Positions 35,533 to 51,744 are shown, counted from the first letter of the stretch. The stretch is 64,000 nt of DNA from Candidatus Eiseniibacteriota bacterium (GCA_963717935.1 CAVQXP010000004.1:1984001-2048000); one strand, 5' to 3'. The notes: generated by a model not told the origin, from the sequence alone. Translations and numbers: made by a program.

Positions 35533-36639
35533 TCGTTGCCGGAGAGGCCTCGGGCGACGCCCACGCCGCCAGGCTCCTGACGGCACTCGGCAGTCTCGGG
35601 CCGTGCCGTGCCCGCGGCGTCGCGGGCCCCGCCCTCGTGGCCGCCGGGGCCGGCTGCGTGGTCCCGATGGAGGATCTGGCGGTGCTCGGTTTCTCCGGCG
35701 TGGTCGCGCGTCTGCCCCGCATCTGGTCCGCGTACCGGCGGCTGCTCGCCGAAGCCCGGTCGTTCCGGCCGCATGCGGCGCTGCTGGTGGACTCGCCCGG
35801 ATTCAACTTCCGCCTGGGACCCGCCCTGCGGAGGCTCGGCGTGCCGGTCTTCTACTACATCGCCCCCCAGGTCTGGGCCTGGCACCCGGAGCGCGCCGCG
35901 CAGATGGCGCGCTGGGTGGAGCGCCTCGCCGTGATCTTCCCGTTCGAGGAGGCGCTGTTCCACGATGCGGGGGTGCACACGCGTTTCGTCGGACACCCGT
36001 TGCTCGACGCGCTCGAGCCGGAGGTGGACGAGGCCGTGTTCCGGGCGGAGATCGGCGCCGCACCGGACGGACCGATCCTGGGGCTCCTGCCGGGGAGCCG
36101 TCCGCAGGAGCTGCGCGCCCACGCGCCGGTCATGGCCGCGGCGGCGCGAGCGGCTGCGCGCGAAGCGCCCCGAGCTCGCGGTGGTGCTGGCGCTGGCTCC
36201 GGGACTGGAGCGCGAAGGCCGGCGGCTGCGCGCCGCGCTCGGGGGCGTGCGGCTCGTCGAGGGACGCACGCGCGCGGTCCAGGCGCACGCCACCTGCTGC
36301 GCCGTCGCGTCGGGGACGGCAACGCTCGAGACCGCGCTCTTCGGCACGCCGGAGGTCATCGTCTACCGCACCGGGTGGCTCAACTACGAGATCGCGCGGC
36401 GCGTCGTGACGCTCGCGCGCATCGGACTGCCGAACATCGTGGCGGGCGAGGAGGTCGCCCCCGAGCTGCTCCAGGCCGACCTCACCGCCGAGCGTCTCGC
36501 CGCCACGCTCGCGCCGTGGTTGGACGACCCCGGGGTGCGCGAACGCCAGTGCGCGCGCCTTGCTGCGGTGCGCGCGCGCCTCGGCGGCCCAGGCGCCGCG
36601 CGCCGCGCTGCCGAGTGGCTGTGGGAGATGGTCGCGTGA
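35502..36639 (+). CDS. lpxB: Lipid-A-disaccharide synthase (frameshift near 36148)
   Basis: AGEASGD, DSPGFN, YIAPQVWAW, FVGHP, LPGSR, SGTATLE, IGLPNI. Confidence 0.95.
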
Positions 36640-37304
36640 GCCGCGCGCGGGAGCGCTCCTGGTGGTTCCCGCTGGCGACGGCGGCGGGAGCCGCCGCGCT
36701 GCGGCTCCAGGGACGGACGTGGACGCTGCGGCGCCTGGACACCGCGGATTTCGACCGGCGCCTGGCCGGGGGCGAGCGCTGCATCTTCGCCCTGTGGCAC
36801 GCCCGGATGCTGCCGCTCATCTACGCGTATCGCGGGCTCGGCGTGGCGGCGCTCGTGAGCCACAGCCGGGACGGGGAGCTGATCAGCGGGGTGGTCGAGC
36901 GCATCGGCTACGTCACCGCGCGCGGTTCGAGCAGCCGCGGCGGGCAGGAGGGCTTCAACGAGCTGGTGCGGTTCGCGGAGCAGGGCCGCTCGCTCACCGT
37001 GACCCCGGACGGTCCGCGTGGACCGCGCGAGGTCCTCAAGCCGGGGCTGGTGCGGCTGGCGAGCCGCACCGGACTGCCGGTGCTCCCGGTGGCGAGCGCG
37101 TCCCGCCGCGCCTGGGTCCTGCGCTCGTGGGACGGGTTCCGCGTCCCGCGCCCCTTCGCGCTCGTGTGGATCTCCTACGGCGATCCGGTGCACGTGCCAG
37201 CAGGGCTGGACGAGGCGGGCGTCGAGGTGTGGCGGCGGCGGCTGGAGGAGGCCCTGAAGACGACCACCGGACGCCTGGCTCACGAGGCGGGGGAGGACGC
37301 GTGA
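36636..37304 (+). CDS. DUF374 / lysophospholipid acyltransferase-family protein
   Basis: ALWH, SHSRDGE, RGSSSRGG, TPDGPRGP, SWD...PRPF. Confidence 0.88.
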   Translation: MSRARERSWWFPLATAAGAAALRLQGRTWTLRRLDTADFDRRLAGGERCIFALWHARMLPLIYAYRGLGVAALVSHSRDGELISGVVERIGYVTARGSSSRGGQEGFNELVRFAEQGRSLTVTPDGPRGPREVLKPGLVRLASRTGLPVLPVASASRRAWVLRSWDGFRVPRPFALVWISYGDPVHVPAGLDEAGVEVWRRRLEEALKTTTGRLAHEAGEDA

Positions 37305-38554
37305 GTCTGGCCTGGATGGCCTACCGGCTGGCGGCGCCCTGCCTCGGGGCGGTCCTGCCGGTGGCGCGGGCCTTCTTGCCGTCGCACGAACGGACGCGCT
37401 GGGACGAGCGCCTGGGCCGGACGAGCCTGCCGGGAGGGGCGGATGCCTGGATCCATGCCGCCTCGATGGGGGAGGCCACGGCCGTGGGGCCCCTCGTGCG
37501 TGAACTGCAGGCGCTGGCACCGCACTCGAGCTTCCTGCTCACGGCGACGACGCACGGCGGCAGCCTGCGGCTCGGCGCCCTGGGGCAACCCACGGCGGTC
37601 GCGCCCCTGGACTCGCCGCAGGCTGCCGCGGGCTTCTTCACCGGCGTGACGCCCCGGCGCTGCTTCCTGGTCGAGACGGAGCTCTGGCCACACTGGCTGC
37701 TGCGGGCGCGGGCCTCGCAGGTGCCGGTCGCGGTGGTGAGCGCGCGGCTGTCGAGCACCTCGGTGGCGCGGTACCGCCACCTGGGCGGGGCGTTGCGCGG
37801 GCTGGTCTCGGGCCTTGCGGCCGTGCTGTGCCAGAGCGAGAGCGACCTCGAGCGGTGGCGGTCTCTGGGCGCGCGCGCAGAGGTGAGCTCGGTCACGGGC
37901 AACCTGAAGGACGACGGCCTCCCGGCCGCCGCGCCGGAGCGACGCGTCGCCCGCGCGGCGCTCGGCCTGGACCCCGGGCGTCCGCTCCTCGTCCTGGGCA
38001 GCGTCCGTCCGGGCGAGGTGCTGGTGCTGGCGCGTGCCTGGCGGCGCCTCCCGGCGGTGCTGCGGGAGCCGTGGCAGGTGGTGGTGGTGCCGCGGCATCC
38101 GCAGGCCTCGGCCGAGCTCCGTGCCGAGGCCGCCCGCGCCGGGCAGGCCCTGGTCGGCCCCGGCGCTGCGGAGGATGGAGCGTGGTTCTGGGACGACCGC
38201 CTGGGCGTGCTGAAGGGATACTACGCCGTGGCTGATGCGGCCTTCGTAGGCGGGAGCCTGTCGCCGTACGGGGGCCACAACCCGCTCGAGCCGGCGGCCT
38301 GCGGGGTGGCGCTGCTCATGGGCCCTCACCACGCCAGCCAGCAGGCTGTGGTGGCGGAGCTGGAAGCCGCCGGCGCACTGCGCGTGGCCGGATCCGAGAC
38401 GGACGTGACGAGCGCGCTCGAGCGCCTGCTGGGGGACGCCGAAGCGCGCGCGGCGGCGGGGAGGGCGGCCCGCGGGATCGTCGAACGACGGCGGGGCGCG
38501 GCGCGACGGACGGTCGCCCGGCTGGTGGAATTGGGCCTGTGGGAGGCGGCGTGA
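37301..38554 (+). CDS. waaA: Kdo transferase
   Basis: WIHAASMGE, PLD, ETELWP, TGNLK, VPRHP, FVGGSL, GGHNPLEPA. Confidence 0.93.
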   Translation: MSLAWMAYRLAAPCLGAVLPVARAFLPSHERTRWDERLGRTSLPGGADAWIHAASMGEATAVGPLVRELQALAPHSSFLLTATTHGGSLRLGALGQPTAVAPLDSPQAAAGFFTGVTPRRCFLVETELWPHWLLRARASQVPVAVVSARLSSTSVARYRHLGGALRGLVSGLAAVLCQSESDLERWRSLGARAEVSSVTGNLKDDGLPAAAPERRVARAALGLDPGRPLLVLGSVRPGEVLVLARAWRRLPAVLREPWQVVVVPRHPQASAELRAEAARAGQALVGPGAAEDGAWFWDDRLGVLKGYYAVADAAFVGGSLSPYGGHNPLEPAACGVALLMGPHHASQQAVVAELEAAGALRVAGSETDVTSALERLLGDAEARAAAGRAARGIVERRRGAARRTVARLVELGLWEAA

Positions 38555-39514
38555 CCGGGGCGTTGGGCTCCCTGGGCGCGGGCTCTACGGCGCCGCGTGG
38601 GAGCTGCGGCGCCGGGCGTATGCGCGCGGGCTGTTGCGGCCCCGGCGCGTGGGCGCGCGGGTGGTGAGCGTGGGGAACCTCACGGTCGGCGGGACGGGCA
38701 AGACCACGCTCACGCTCCGACTGGCCCGACGCGCGCTCGAGCGCGGCCTCGCCCCGGCGGTGGTGTGCCGGCGGTATCGTCCGGGACCGGGGGGCCGCGG
38801 GGACGAAGAGCTGATGTACCGTGCGGCGCTCGGTGCGGGGTGCGTGTTCGCGGGCAGCGAGCAAGCTGGAGTCGGCGGGCGCAGCCGCGCGGGCGGGATA
38901 CGAGCTGCTGATCGTGGACGACGGCCTGTCGCACTGGGCCCTCGCGCGGGACGTGGACATCGTCCTGCTCGACGCGAGCGACCTCGCGGGGGGGCGGCGG
39001 TTGCTTCCGGCCGGGCGCCTGCGTGAGCCGCTGCGCGCGCTGCAGCGCGCCCGCGCGGTCGTGGTGTCGAGGCTGGATGCGGGCGAGGATCCCGCACCCT
39101 GGCTGGAGCGGGCCCGGGCGCTGGCGCCAGGGGCCATGCTCGCGGCCGGGCGACACCGCCTCAAGGGGGTGCGCGCGCTGGGGAGCGGGGACGTGCCGCC
39201 CGGGGCCCGCGTGCGGGTCGTGTCGGCGACCGGCAACCCGGCCGCGGTCGAGGCCAGCGCACGGGAGGCGGGGCTCGAGGTCGCATCGGCCTCGCGGTGG
39301 CGCGATCACCACTGGTTCACGCCGCGCGAGGCGCAGCAGGAACTGACCCTCGCCGACAACGAGGGAGCGCTGGGTGCTCCTGACGGCGAAGGACGCGGTC
39401 CGCTGGCCGGAGTCGGCAGTGCGGGGCCGGGTGGCGGTGCTGGAGGTGGAATGGGAGTGGGTCGCGGGCGGCGGGGCCGTCGAGGGGCTGGCGCTGGACG
39501 GGCAGGGGGCATGA
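38551..39514 (+). CDS. lpxK: Tetraacyldisaccharide 4'-kinase (several frameshifts)
   Basis: SVGNLTVGGTGKT, GDE, DDGLSH, LLPAGRLRE, DHH across frames. Confidence 0.88.
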
Positions 39515-41170
39515 TGGAAACGGACGTGCTGGTGCTCGGGAGCGGGCTCGCGGGCCTCATGCTGGCACTCAGGTGCGCGGATCGCGGCGCGGACGTGCTG
39601 GTGTTGACGAAGCGTCGCGCGGACGACTCGAGCACCAACTGGGCGCAGGGGGGCATCGCGGCGGTCTTCGACGCGAAGGACAGCTTCGCGCGCCACGGAC
39701 GCGACACGCTTCGTTGCGGCGCCGGGCTCTCGGACCCGGAGGTCGTCCGCCGCGTGGTCGCAGAGGCCCCGGAGCGCGTGCGGGAGCTGGAGGCCCTCGG
39801 CGTCGAGTTCACCCGCACGTCGCGCGGTCTCTCGCTCGGGCGCGAGGGCGGGCACTCGGGGCGCCGGATCGTGCACGCGAAGGACTTCACGGGCAGGGCC
39901 ATCGAGCACGCGCTGCTGCTCCACGTCCGCGGCCACCGGCGCATCCGCCTGGTCGAGGACCAGCTTGGCGGTGGACCTGATCCTGGAGTCGCGCATGCGG
40001 GCCCCGCGTCCACCACGGGCCGCCGGGGGCCGGGCCGAGCGCTGCTGGGGTGCGTACGTCATGGACTGTCGTGCGGGCCTGCCGGGCGCCGGACGCATCC
40101 GGCCCGTGACCGCGAAGGTCACCGCACTGGCCACCGGGCGGCTGCGGGAAGGTCTACCTCTACACCACCAACCCCGACGTGGCCACGGGCGACGGCATCG
40201 CCATGGCGTACCGGGCGGGGGCCGCAGTCGAGAACCTCGAGTTCGTCCAGTTTCACCCCACCTGCCTGTACCACCCCGAGGCCAAGTCGTTCCTGCTCAC
40301 CGAGGCCCTGCGCGGCGAGGGGGCGGTGCTGCGGACGCTCGACGGCGAGCGCTTCATGCCCCGCGTGCATCCCATGGCGGAACTGGCCCCGCGCGACGTG
40401 GTGGCGTTGGCCATCGACCGCGAACTGAAGCGACGCGGAGAGACCCACGTCACCCTCGACATCAGCCACCTTCCGCCCGCCCGGGTGCGGGCGCGCTTCC
40501 CGAACGTGTACGCCTCGCTCCGGCGCTTCGGCTTCGATCTGACGCGGGGGCCGATCCCGGTCGTGCCCGCCGCGCACTACATGTGCGGGGGCGTCAAGGC
40601 GACGCTGGCGGGGCGAACGTCGCTGCGGGGCCTGCTCGCGCTGGGCGAGGTGGCGTCCACCGGCCTGCACGGGGCGAACCGCCTGGCCAGCAACTCGCTG
40701 CTCGAGGCGCTGGTCGGCGCCCATCACGGCTGCCGCGGAGGCCTGGCGGCGTCGTGCGCCGCGCGCCGCGGGGGCCGCAGGCCGAGCCCTGGCACGCGCA
40801 GGGCACGCACCCGCCGCTCGAGACCGTGGTCTTCGACCACAACTGGGACGCGGTGCGGCGGCTGATGTGGGACCTCGTGGGAATCGTGCGCAGCGACCAG
40901 CGCCTGCTCTACGCGGAGCGGCTGCTGGCCCTGCTGCGCGAGGAGATCGAGCTCGACTACGTGCGCCTGCGCCTGTCGCGCGACCTGGTCGAACTGCGGA
41001 ACATCGCGCTGGTCGGCGGACTCATCGTGGAATGCGCACGCCGCCGGAGCGAGAGCCGGGGGCTGCACTTCAACCTCGATCACCCGCGGCGCGAGCGGCG
41101 CTACGACGGGCGGGCCACGGTGGTGCGTGCGCCCGCGCCGCCTTGCCGCTCCGGCGGCCCGCAGCCTATA
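39511..41170 (+). CDS. nadB: L-aspartate oxidase (several frameshifts; 3' end approximate)
   Basis: [72 protein letters not shown]. Confidence 0.92.
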
Positions 41171-41172
41171 GT
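41143..41172 (+). promoter_or_regulatory. Possible internal sigma-70 promoter
   Basis: TTGCCG-N18-TATAGT upstream of the Minf_1886-like gene. Confidence 0.35.
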
Positions 41173-41254
41173 CTGCCGAGCGCCGCAGCCAGGAGCGTCC
41201 GCGCGCTGCCGACGGCGGCGCGGGCCTCGGGCGCGGCCCGGGGAGGGAGGGGCG

Positions 41255-41716
41255 TTGAGCTCGAGCGACCTGCTGTTCTGGGACACGGTGGACGGGATCC
41301 GCGAGACGGAGTCGCGCTATCGCCGGGAGGCCTACGGCTTCGTGGTGGCCGCGCTCGGCACCACCGTGCAGGCCCTGCCGCCGGAGCGGCTCGCGGACCC
41401 CGCCCTGCGCCATCTCACGGGTGGGGAGCTGCTGCGCGGTGTGGTCCGGCTCGCGCGCCAGGAGTTCGGCGTGCTCGCGCCGACGGTCTTCCGCGAGTGG
41501 GGGGTGCTCACGGGCGAGGACGTCGGACGCATCGTCTTCCGTCTGGTGGAGTGCGGTGAGCTGAGCGCCCGCCCGGAGGACACCCTCGACGATTTCCGCG
41601 ATTTCGACCTGTTCGCCGGGCTGACCGCCAACCTCGAGATCGGCCGCCCGTGCGCGCCCCGGGAACGCCGGCCGCGCCCGCGGCGCCCGGCCGGCGATCC
41701 CGGGGCCGCGCACTAG
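41255..41716 (+). CDS. Minf_1886-family (TIGR04138-like) protein of unknown function
   Basis: RY...AYGFV..AL, RHLTGGEL, EFG.LA..VF.EWG, DVGRIVF.LV, EDTLDDF; GGAGGG RBS before TTG. Confidence 0.8.
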   Translation: MSSSDLLFWDTVDGIRETESRYRREAYGFVVAALGTTVQALPPERLADPALRHLTGGELLRGVVRLARQEFGVLAPTVFREWGVLTGEDVGRIVFRLVECGELSARPEDTLDDFRDFDLFAGLTANLEIGRPCAPRERRPRPRRPAGDPGAAH

Positions 41717-41768
41717 CGTGGACCGGCACCCAGGGACCGCCCCGGAGCCGCGGCCCCGGATCCCTTCG

Positions 41769-43612
41769 ATGAGAGTCCTACCTCCGGCTGCTGCGCTACC
41801 TGCGACCGTACCTGCGCGCGCCTCGTCGTGGCGCTGGCCTGCATGGCGGATCTTCGCGGCCACGAACTTCGTCTCGCTCGGCATGATCTCGCCGCTCATG
41901 AGCGTGCTCTTCCGCCCGGGCGCCGGCGCGCAGGTGACCACGACGGCGCCCGCGCCGATGACCGTCGTCACGGGCGGCGTGCAGCTGCCAGCGCGGCTCT
42001 CGGAGCTGGGCGAGCGCTGGATCGTGCGGGCCAGTCCGCTCGTGGCGCTCGAGCGGATCTGCGTCGTCCTGATCGTGGTCTTCGTGGTGAAGAACCTGGC
42101 CGACTACCTGCAGTCCTTCCTCATGGTCTCGGTCGAGCAGGGGGTGATCCGCGACCTGCGCTCGGCCCTCTACGGCCACCTGCAGGAGCTCTCGCTCTCG
42201 TTCTATCACGGCCGCCGCACCGGGATGCTGGTCTCGCGCGTCACGAACGACATGGAGTACCTGCGCGCGGCGCTGGCGTCGAGCATCAGCAACCTGGTGA
42301 AGCAGGGGCTCACGCTGGCGGGCGCGCTCACGTGGGTATTCGTGACCTCGTGGCAGCTGGCGCTGCTCTCGCTGCTGGTCGTGCCGCCGCTGGGGCTGAC
42401 GCTCGCGGCCGTGGGGCGCAAGATGCGCAAGCGCTCGGGACGCGCGCAGGAGCGCATGGCGGACATGACCGCCATCCTGCAGGAGTCGATCGCCGGGGTG
42501 CGGGTGGTGAAGGCCTTCCGGATGGAGGCCTTCGAGCGGCGCCGCTTCGACCGGGCGAACCAGGGCTTCTACGGGGCCTTCGTGCACCTGCGCCGGGTCT
42601 CGGCGGCGGCCCAGCCGCTGACCGAGCTGGCGATCGTGCTCGGTGGCGGTGGCGATGCTCTGGTTCGGCGGGCGGCAGATCTTCGCGAACCACGGCCTCG
42701 CCCCGCAGGCGTTCATGCTCTTCGTCGGCGCGCTGCTCACCACGCTCTCGCCGATCAAGAGCCTGGCCGAGGTGAACGCGAACATCCAGCAGGGCGTGGC
42801 CGCGGCCCAGCGGGTCTTCTCCATGCTCGATACGGCGCCGGCGATCACGGACCGCCCCGGGGCCGGGGCCCTGCCGGTGCTCGCGGACCGCATCCGCTAC
42901 GAGCGCGTCTCGTTCGCCTACGAGCCCGGCCGGCCGGTGCTCGAGGACGTCTCCTTCGAGCTGCGCCGCGGCGAGGTCGTGGCCCTGGTGGGATCGAGCG
43001 GGGCGGGGAAGAGCACCGTGATGGACCTGCTGGCGCGGTTCTACGAGCCGACGGCGGGGCGTATCACCCTGGACGGCGTGGACCTGCGGGATGGCACCAT
43101 GGCGTCGCTGCGGGCCCAGCTGGGCATCGTGACGCAGGAGACCATCCTGTTCCACGACACGGTGCGCGCGAACATCGCCTACGGGCTGGCGGACGCGAGC
43201 GACGAGTCCGTGCGCGCGGCCGCGGCCGCGGCCCACGCCGACGACTTCATCCGCGGCCTCGCCCACGGCTACGAGACGGTGATCGGGGAGCGCGGCGCTG
43301 AAGCTGTCGGGCGGGGAGCGGCAGCGGCTGGCCATCGCGCGGGCGCTGCTCAAGAACCCGCCCATCCTGCTGCTCGACGAGGCGACCTCGTCGCTCGACA
43401 CGGAGAGCGAGCGGCTGGTCCAGGAGGCGCTCGAGCGACTGATGCACGACCGCACCGTGCTGGTCATCGCGCACCGGCTGTCCACCGTGCAGCACGCGGA
43501 CCGCATCCTGGTGCTGGAGCAGGGCCGCGTCGCGGAGTCCGGCACGCATCGGGAGCTGATGGAGCGGGACGGGATCTACCGCCGGCTCTATGAGCTCCAG
43601 TTCGCGGGCTGA
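41769..43612 (+). CDS. msbA: Lipid A flippase-type ABC exporter MsbA (several frameshifts)
   Basis: Six-TM ABC membrane domain, [34 protein letters not shown]; in lipid A cluster. Confidence 0.85.
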
Positions 43613-43613
43613 G

Positions 43614-44673
43614 GTGAAGCCGGCTGCGCGTCCCGCCCGGGGGCTTCCGCCGCATCGCCGTGCTGCGGCTCTCGTCGCTGGGCGACGTCGTCCTGGCGCT
43701 GCCGGTCGCGCACGAGCTGGCCCGGGCGTTCCCCGGGGCGCGGATCGACCTTCTGGACGAAGGAGGAGTACGCCGACGTCGCTGCGCTTCGACCCGGCGA
43801 TCGCGCACGTGCGCAGCCTGGAGCGGGACGCGCGCCGCTCGAGGACCTGGTCTCGATGAGCGCCGAGCTCGAGGACTGCGACCTGATCGTGGACCTGCAC
43901 GGCAGCCTGCGCACGCGCCTGCTCACCTTCCGGCAGCGGGCGCCGGTGCTGCGCGCGCCCGTCGTACCGGCTGCGGCGCGCCCGCTGGGTGCGGGCGCGC
44001 TGGACGCGGCCCGGCGCCCGTGCCGCACGCGCTCGAGCGCTACGCCCGCTCGCTGCGGCCGATCGGGCTTGACGAGCACGGAGGCTGCCGCGCGGAGTCG
44101 CGGGGACGCGGGGGCCGAGGCGTGGATGGAGGAGTGGCTGCGGCGCGTGGCCGGGTGCCGGAAGTCGCGGTGGCGCTCTGCCCGGGAGCGCGGCACGCGA
44201 CGAAGCGCTGGCCGGAGGAGCACTGGCTGGCAGCTGCACCGCTCGCTCCGCGGCGCGGGGCGCGCGGTTGCTGTACCTCTCGCTCGAGGCGGAGCGCCGG
44301 TCGCTGCCTGCGCTTGGCGACGTGCGCCGAAGGGGATCCGCAGGTCCGCTGGTGCACCGAGCCGCTGGGCCGCATGGCCGCGGCGCTCAGCGCTGCCGCG
44401 GCCGCGGTCACGCACGACAGCGGCCTGATGCACCTGGCCGCGGCGCGCGGGACGCGCGTGGTCGCGCTCTTCGGCAGCACGTCGCCCGCGCTGGGCTTCG
44501 CGCCGACGGGCGACGGGCACGTCGTGCTGTGCCGGAACGAGCCGCTGCCAGCCCTGCACGCTCCACGGCCGCGCGAGCGTTGTCCGGAGGGCCACTTCGA
44601 CTGCATGCGCAAGCTCGAGCCGGAGCAGGTCGTGGACGCGCTGCGTCGCGCGTGGAGGCGCTCGCGGGCCTGA
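43614..44673 (+). CDS. GT9-family LPS heptosyltransferase (heavily frameshifted)
   Basis: RLSSLGDVVL, DLHGSLRT, PGARHATKRWP, THDSGLMHLAAA, LFGST. Confidence 0.85.
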
Positions 44674-48428
<3,755 letters not shown>

Positions 48429-48448
48429 GGAACCGCGGCTGCGGGTCG

Positions 48449-49535
48449 CTACGGCGCGGCGGTGAGGTCGATTTGGTAGTCCTGCCGGCCTGGCTGGCTG
48501 CGGTAGCGCAGCTCGTGCCCCGCGACCTGGAGCCGGTCGTGAGAGAGCCAGCCGTCCGCGACCAGCTCCTGAAGCCCGCCGGGGTAGACGCCGTGCTCCC
48601 GCCGGTACAGGTCCAGAGCCATGCGCAGGTCGCGGACCTGGGCGGCCGCGAAGATGTCGATGCCGCCGGGCCGCGCGGCCGTTGGCGCAGCGACGTGCGA
48701 GGTCATCCGCAGGGCGACGACGGCAGCGATCAGCAGGACCGCCACGGCGAGGTCCCGCTCCCAGCGGATCCGGGCGGGGCGCGCCGCCGTCGGCAGTGCC
48801 GATACGGACGGGGAGATCCCGGGCTCGCGACGTCCGACCGGCTCGACCCATCCTGCCTCGACCATGCCGCTGCAGCGCTTCGCAGGTCTCGTACTCGGAC
48901 AGCGGCGCGGCGGCCACCACCTCGTCGAGGGTGTGACGGCCGTCGATGATGCCGAAGAGTTCACGCTCCTCGTCGCCGAGGTCCACGTCCGGGGTCGGGC
49001 AGGTCGCGCAGACCGAGGACCTGATGCCGATCGGGGAACATCGCGCCGTAGCGCTTCTGCTCGTCGGAGCGGCGCGCCACCTCCATGAGGATGCCGTCGA
49101 TGCTGAGGCGGACGAGCAGGGGCTGGGTCCAGCGCAGGTGCGGGTCGAAACGGTAGGTGCCGTCTCTCCCAGCGCGCCAGACGCATGAGGTCGTCGAGGA
49201 TCTGCCGTTCGACGAAGCTCGCCAGTTCCTCGGCGTCGAGGTAGCGGCCGTTCAGGAGCAGGTCCTCGAGGTCGCGGGACGATTCGCGCTGGATGGTGAG
49301 GATGCCCGCGGTGCTGCTCGTCGGACAGCCGGTGCGCCTGCTTCAGGAAGCGCATCAGCGGGTCGTCCTTCGCCAGGCCGGGAGTGCGCGTCGAGACCAC
49401 GCGGCCGTCCTGCACGTAGATCACCACATGCTGTCCGCCCTGCTCGAGCGTGAGGCAGCCGGTCTTCTTCTGCGTGCCGAGGAGCTGCAGGATCTCGCTG
49501 GCGGAGAAGTCGCGGAGGTTCCCCTGGAGGGCCAT
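48449..49535 (-). CDS. DUF4388-domain membrane protein with C-terminal GspG/pseudopilin-like segment (frameshifted)
   Basis: MALQGNLRDFSASEILQLL...KKTGCL; TM helix then LRMALDLYRREHGVYP..LQELV. Confidence 0.75.
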
Positions 49536-49543
49536 GGTGACTC

Positions 49544-51610
49544 CTACGCAGCCAGCGCCGAATGGTCGCGGCCGGAGAGGCGGATGCGACTCCGGACCGG
49601 CGCGGCCTGCGCGGCTTCCACCGCATCGGCGCGGATCACGTTGCCGAAGTAGCCCAGGATCGAGATGGCGTAGATGGCCAACCAGGCGCCGACCTGCACC
49701 GCGAACGGGATCTCCTGGACCGGGACCGCGAGCCCGGTCTCGTAGGAGAACGGCGCGCCGAACCCCGCCGCGATCGCCACGAGCGCTGCACTCGCGGCCA
49801 GCAGCAGGACGGCGGGCATCACGCGGCGGAAGGAGAGCAGGCCGTAGCCGGGGATCAGCATCGCCAGCGCGGTGCGCAGCAGGCGCCGTGAGCGGCGCAC
49901 CTGGACGCGGTGTTGGACCAGCAGGACGCGCCCGAAGTCGGGGGTCTCGGCGCGGGCCTCGACCGCGGCGCACGCCGGGCACAGCGCCGTCTCGCGCCGC
50001 CGGCAGGCGCAGCGCCGACAGATGACGGCGCCGCAGTTGTTGCAGGTGCGCAGGGGCACGGCCCGCTGCGCTCGGCCACCCGCGGCGAGCGCGAGCAGCG
50101 CGAGCAGGAGCGCGGCGGCGCTGACGCCCCAGCCCGACGCTTCGATGCTCGACCGCCAGGCCGGTGGCGGCACTCCGCGGCCGGACGCCACGCCGCGCTG
50201 CCCGGAGAGGACGGCCCAGAACGAGCGCGGCGCGATCCACTGGTCGACGAGCGGCAGGACGCCGTCGTCACTCGCGACGGACTGGTAGGTCTTCACCAGA
50301 TCGAAGTTGAGCGCCGCGGCGCGCGAGAGCGCGTCGGTGGCGGCGCGGAACTCAAAGCGCTGCGTGTAGATCTGCGAGGCGTTGAACGCGGCCGCGGCAT
50401 TCGCGTGGTTCACCGCCCCCGCGTGCCGGTAGGCTTCAAGGGCCTCGTCGGTGCGTCCCTGCATGGCCAGGACGTTCCCGAGGTTGTTCAGGGCGCGGTC
50501 ATCGTCCGGGCTCAGTTCGAGGGCGCGGCGGTACCCGGCCTCCGCGGCCTGCAGGTCGCCGTCGCGACGGGCCGTCCACGCCGCGGCGAACTGCAGGAAG
50601 GGGTCCTCGGGATGGCGGCTGCCGAGCGTGGTGAGCTCCGGCTGACGCCCCTGCGCGGGCGACTCGGTCGCCAGCAGCGGAACGCCGTGGAAGGGTGGCT
50701 GGCCCTCGCGCAGAGGCGTGCCGAGATGATCGAGTGAGCCGACGACCCACGGTGCAGCCACCAGGAGGCCGACGAGGCACACGAAGACCGCGCGCTCGGC
50801 AGCCTTGAGAGACGGCCACAGCAGGCCGAGGAAGATCACCGTCGGGAGTGCGAGGCCGAAGCCCGTGGCGAATGGCAGGACAAGGATGGCCCACGCCCAC
50901 CAGCGCGCGGTGGCGGGGCTGGCGAAGCGCGCGAGGCGTTCGGTCAAGGCGTGCCGCAACTCGCGGTTGCGCAGGCCCAGCACGATGAGCCCGGCCGCGA
51001 GGACCCCAAGGAAGAGCGACTGGAACGCGAGGTAGAGCGCATTGCCGAGCAAGGCGAGCTGGAGGAGGAAGTTCTCGCGCCCGAGCTCGATCACGCTGGC
51101 GTATTGCAGCAGGGCCTGGCTCGGCTCGCGCAGCAGGAGCCAGGAAGCCAGCGTCAGGTGCGGGGCGATGAACGCCGGGTCCAACTCGGCGGCGCCACGC
51201 ACCAGGCGGATGGCATCGTCACGGCTCCCCGACTGGGCCAGCATGAGGCCGCGCCGGTAGAAGAGCCGGGCCTCGAGCGGCAAGCCGACGAGGTGGTTGC
51301 GGGCCCTGTACTCCAGCCACGCCGGCAGGTCGTTCAGGTCCTGGGGCGGCGGCACGATGGCCACGGCCCCGGGGACGTGCTTCGCCTGCGCGGTGGCGAG
51401 CACGGAAACAGTCGCGGGCGTCGTCCCGTAGGCGGCGGTCAGCCCCTGGGCGGAGGCGGGTGCCTGGGCACCGGCCGAGACGCCAGCCGTCAGAGCCGAA
51501 AGCGCGAGCGCGCACGCCAGACCACGGGCTGGACGCAGGGCGGGAAGGCGATGCGGCCATGGGGTCCAGCGCCGGCTGGCGGGGAGACGTCGTCCGTCGG
51601 ATTCGTGCAT
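49544..51610 (-). CDS. Multi-TM TPR protein with Cys-rich putative zinc-binding region
   Basis: TPR repeats ([12 protein letters not shown]), several TM helices, CNNC-x4-CRRC...CPAC; start uncertain. Confidence 0.75.
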   Translation of the reverse strand: MHESDGRRLPASRRWTPWPHRLPALRPARGLACALALSALTAGVSAGAQAPASAQGLTAAYGTTPATVSVLATAQAKHVPGAVAIVPPPQDLNDLPAWLEYRARNHLVGLPLEARLFYRRGLMLAQSGSRDDAIRLVRGAAELDPAFIAPHLTLASWLLLREPSQALLQYASVIELGRENFLLQLALLGNALYLAFQSLFLGVLAAGLIVLGLRNRELRHALTERLARFASPATARWWAWAILVLPFATGFGLALPTVIFLGLLWPSLKAAERAVFVCLVGLLVAAPWVVGSLDHLGTPLREGQPPFHGVPLLATESPAQGRQPELTTLGSRHPEDPFLQFAAAWTARRDGDLQAAEAGYRRALELSPDDDRALNNLGNVLAMQGRTDEALEAYRHAGAVNHANAAAAFNASQIYTQRFEFRAATDALSRAAALNFDLVKTYQSVASDDGVLPLVDQWIAPRSFWAVLSGQRGVASGRGVPPPAWRSSIEASGWGVSAAALLLALLALAAGGRAQRAVPLRTCNNCGAVICRRCACRRRETALCPACAAVEARAETPDFGRVLLVQHRVQVRRSRRLLRTALAMLIPGYGLLSFRRVMPAVLLLAASAALVAIAAGFGAPFSYETGLAVPVQEIPFAVQVGAWLAIYAISILGYFGNVIRADAVEAAQAAPVRSRIRLSGRDHSALAA

Positions 51611-51624
51611 TCAGTCGCAGTCCC

Positions 51625-51653
51625 TTGACAGTCCCAGAAGGCGACCCTAACGT
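51625..51653 (+). promoter_or_regulatory. Putative sigma-70 promoter for asnS
   Basis: TTGACA-N17-TAACGT. Confidence 0.55.
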
Positions 51654-51744
51654 GCCTCGCTTCAACGTGGTTATCGGCGCCGGTTGCGGTCCCCTTGAGG
51701 GGTTTCTGCCCCGGCCCGGGGCGGGAGACGTGCGGGAGGGAAGG

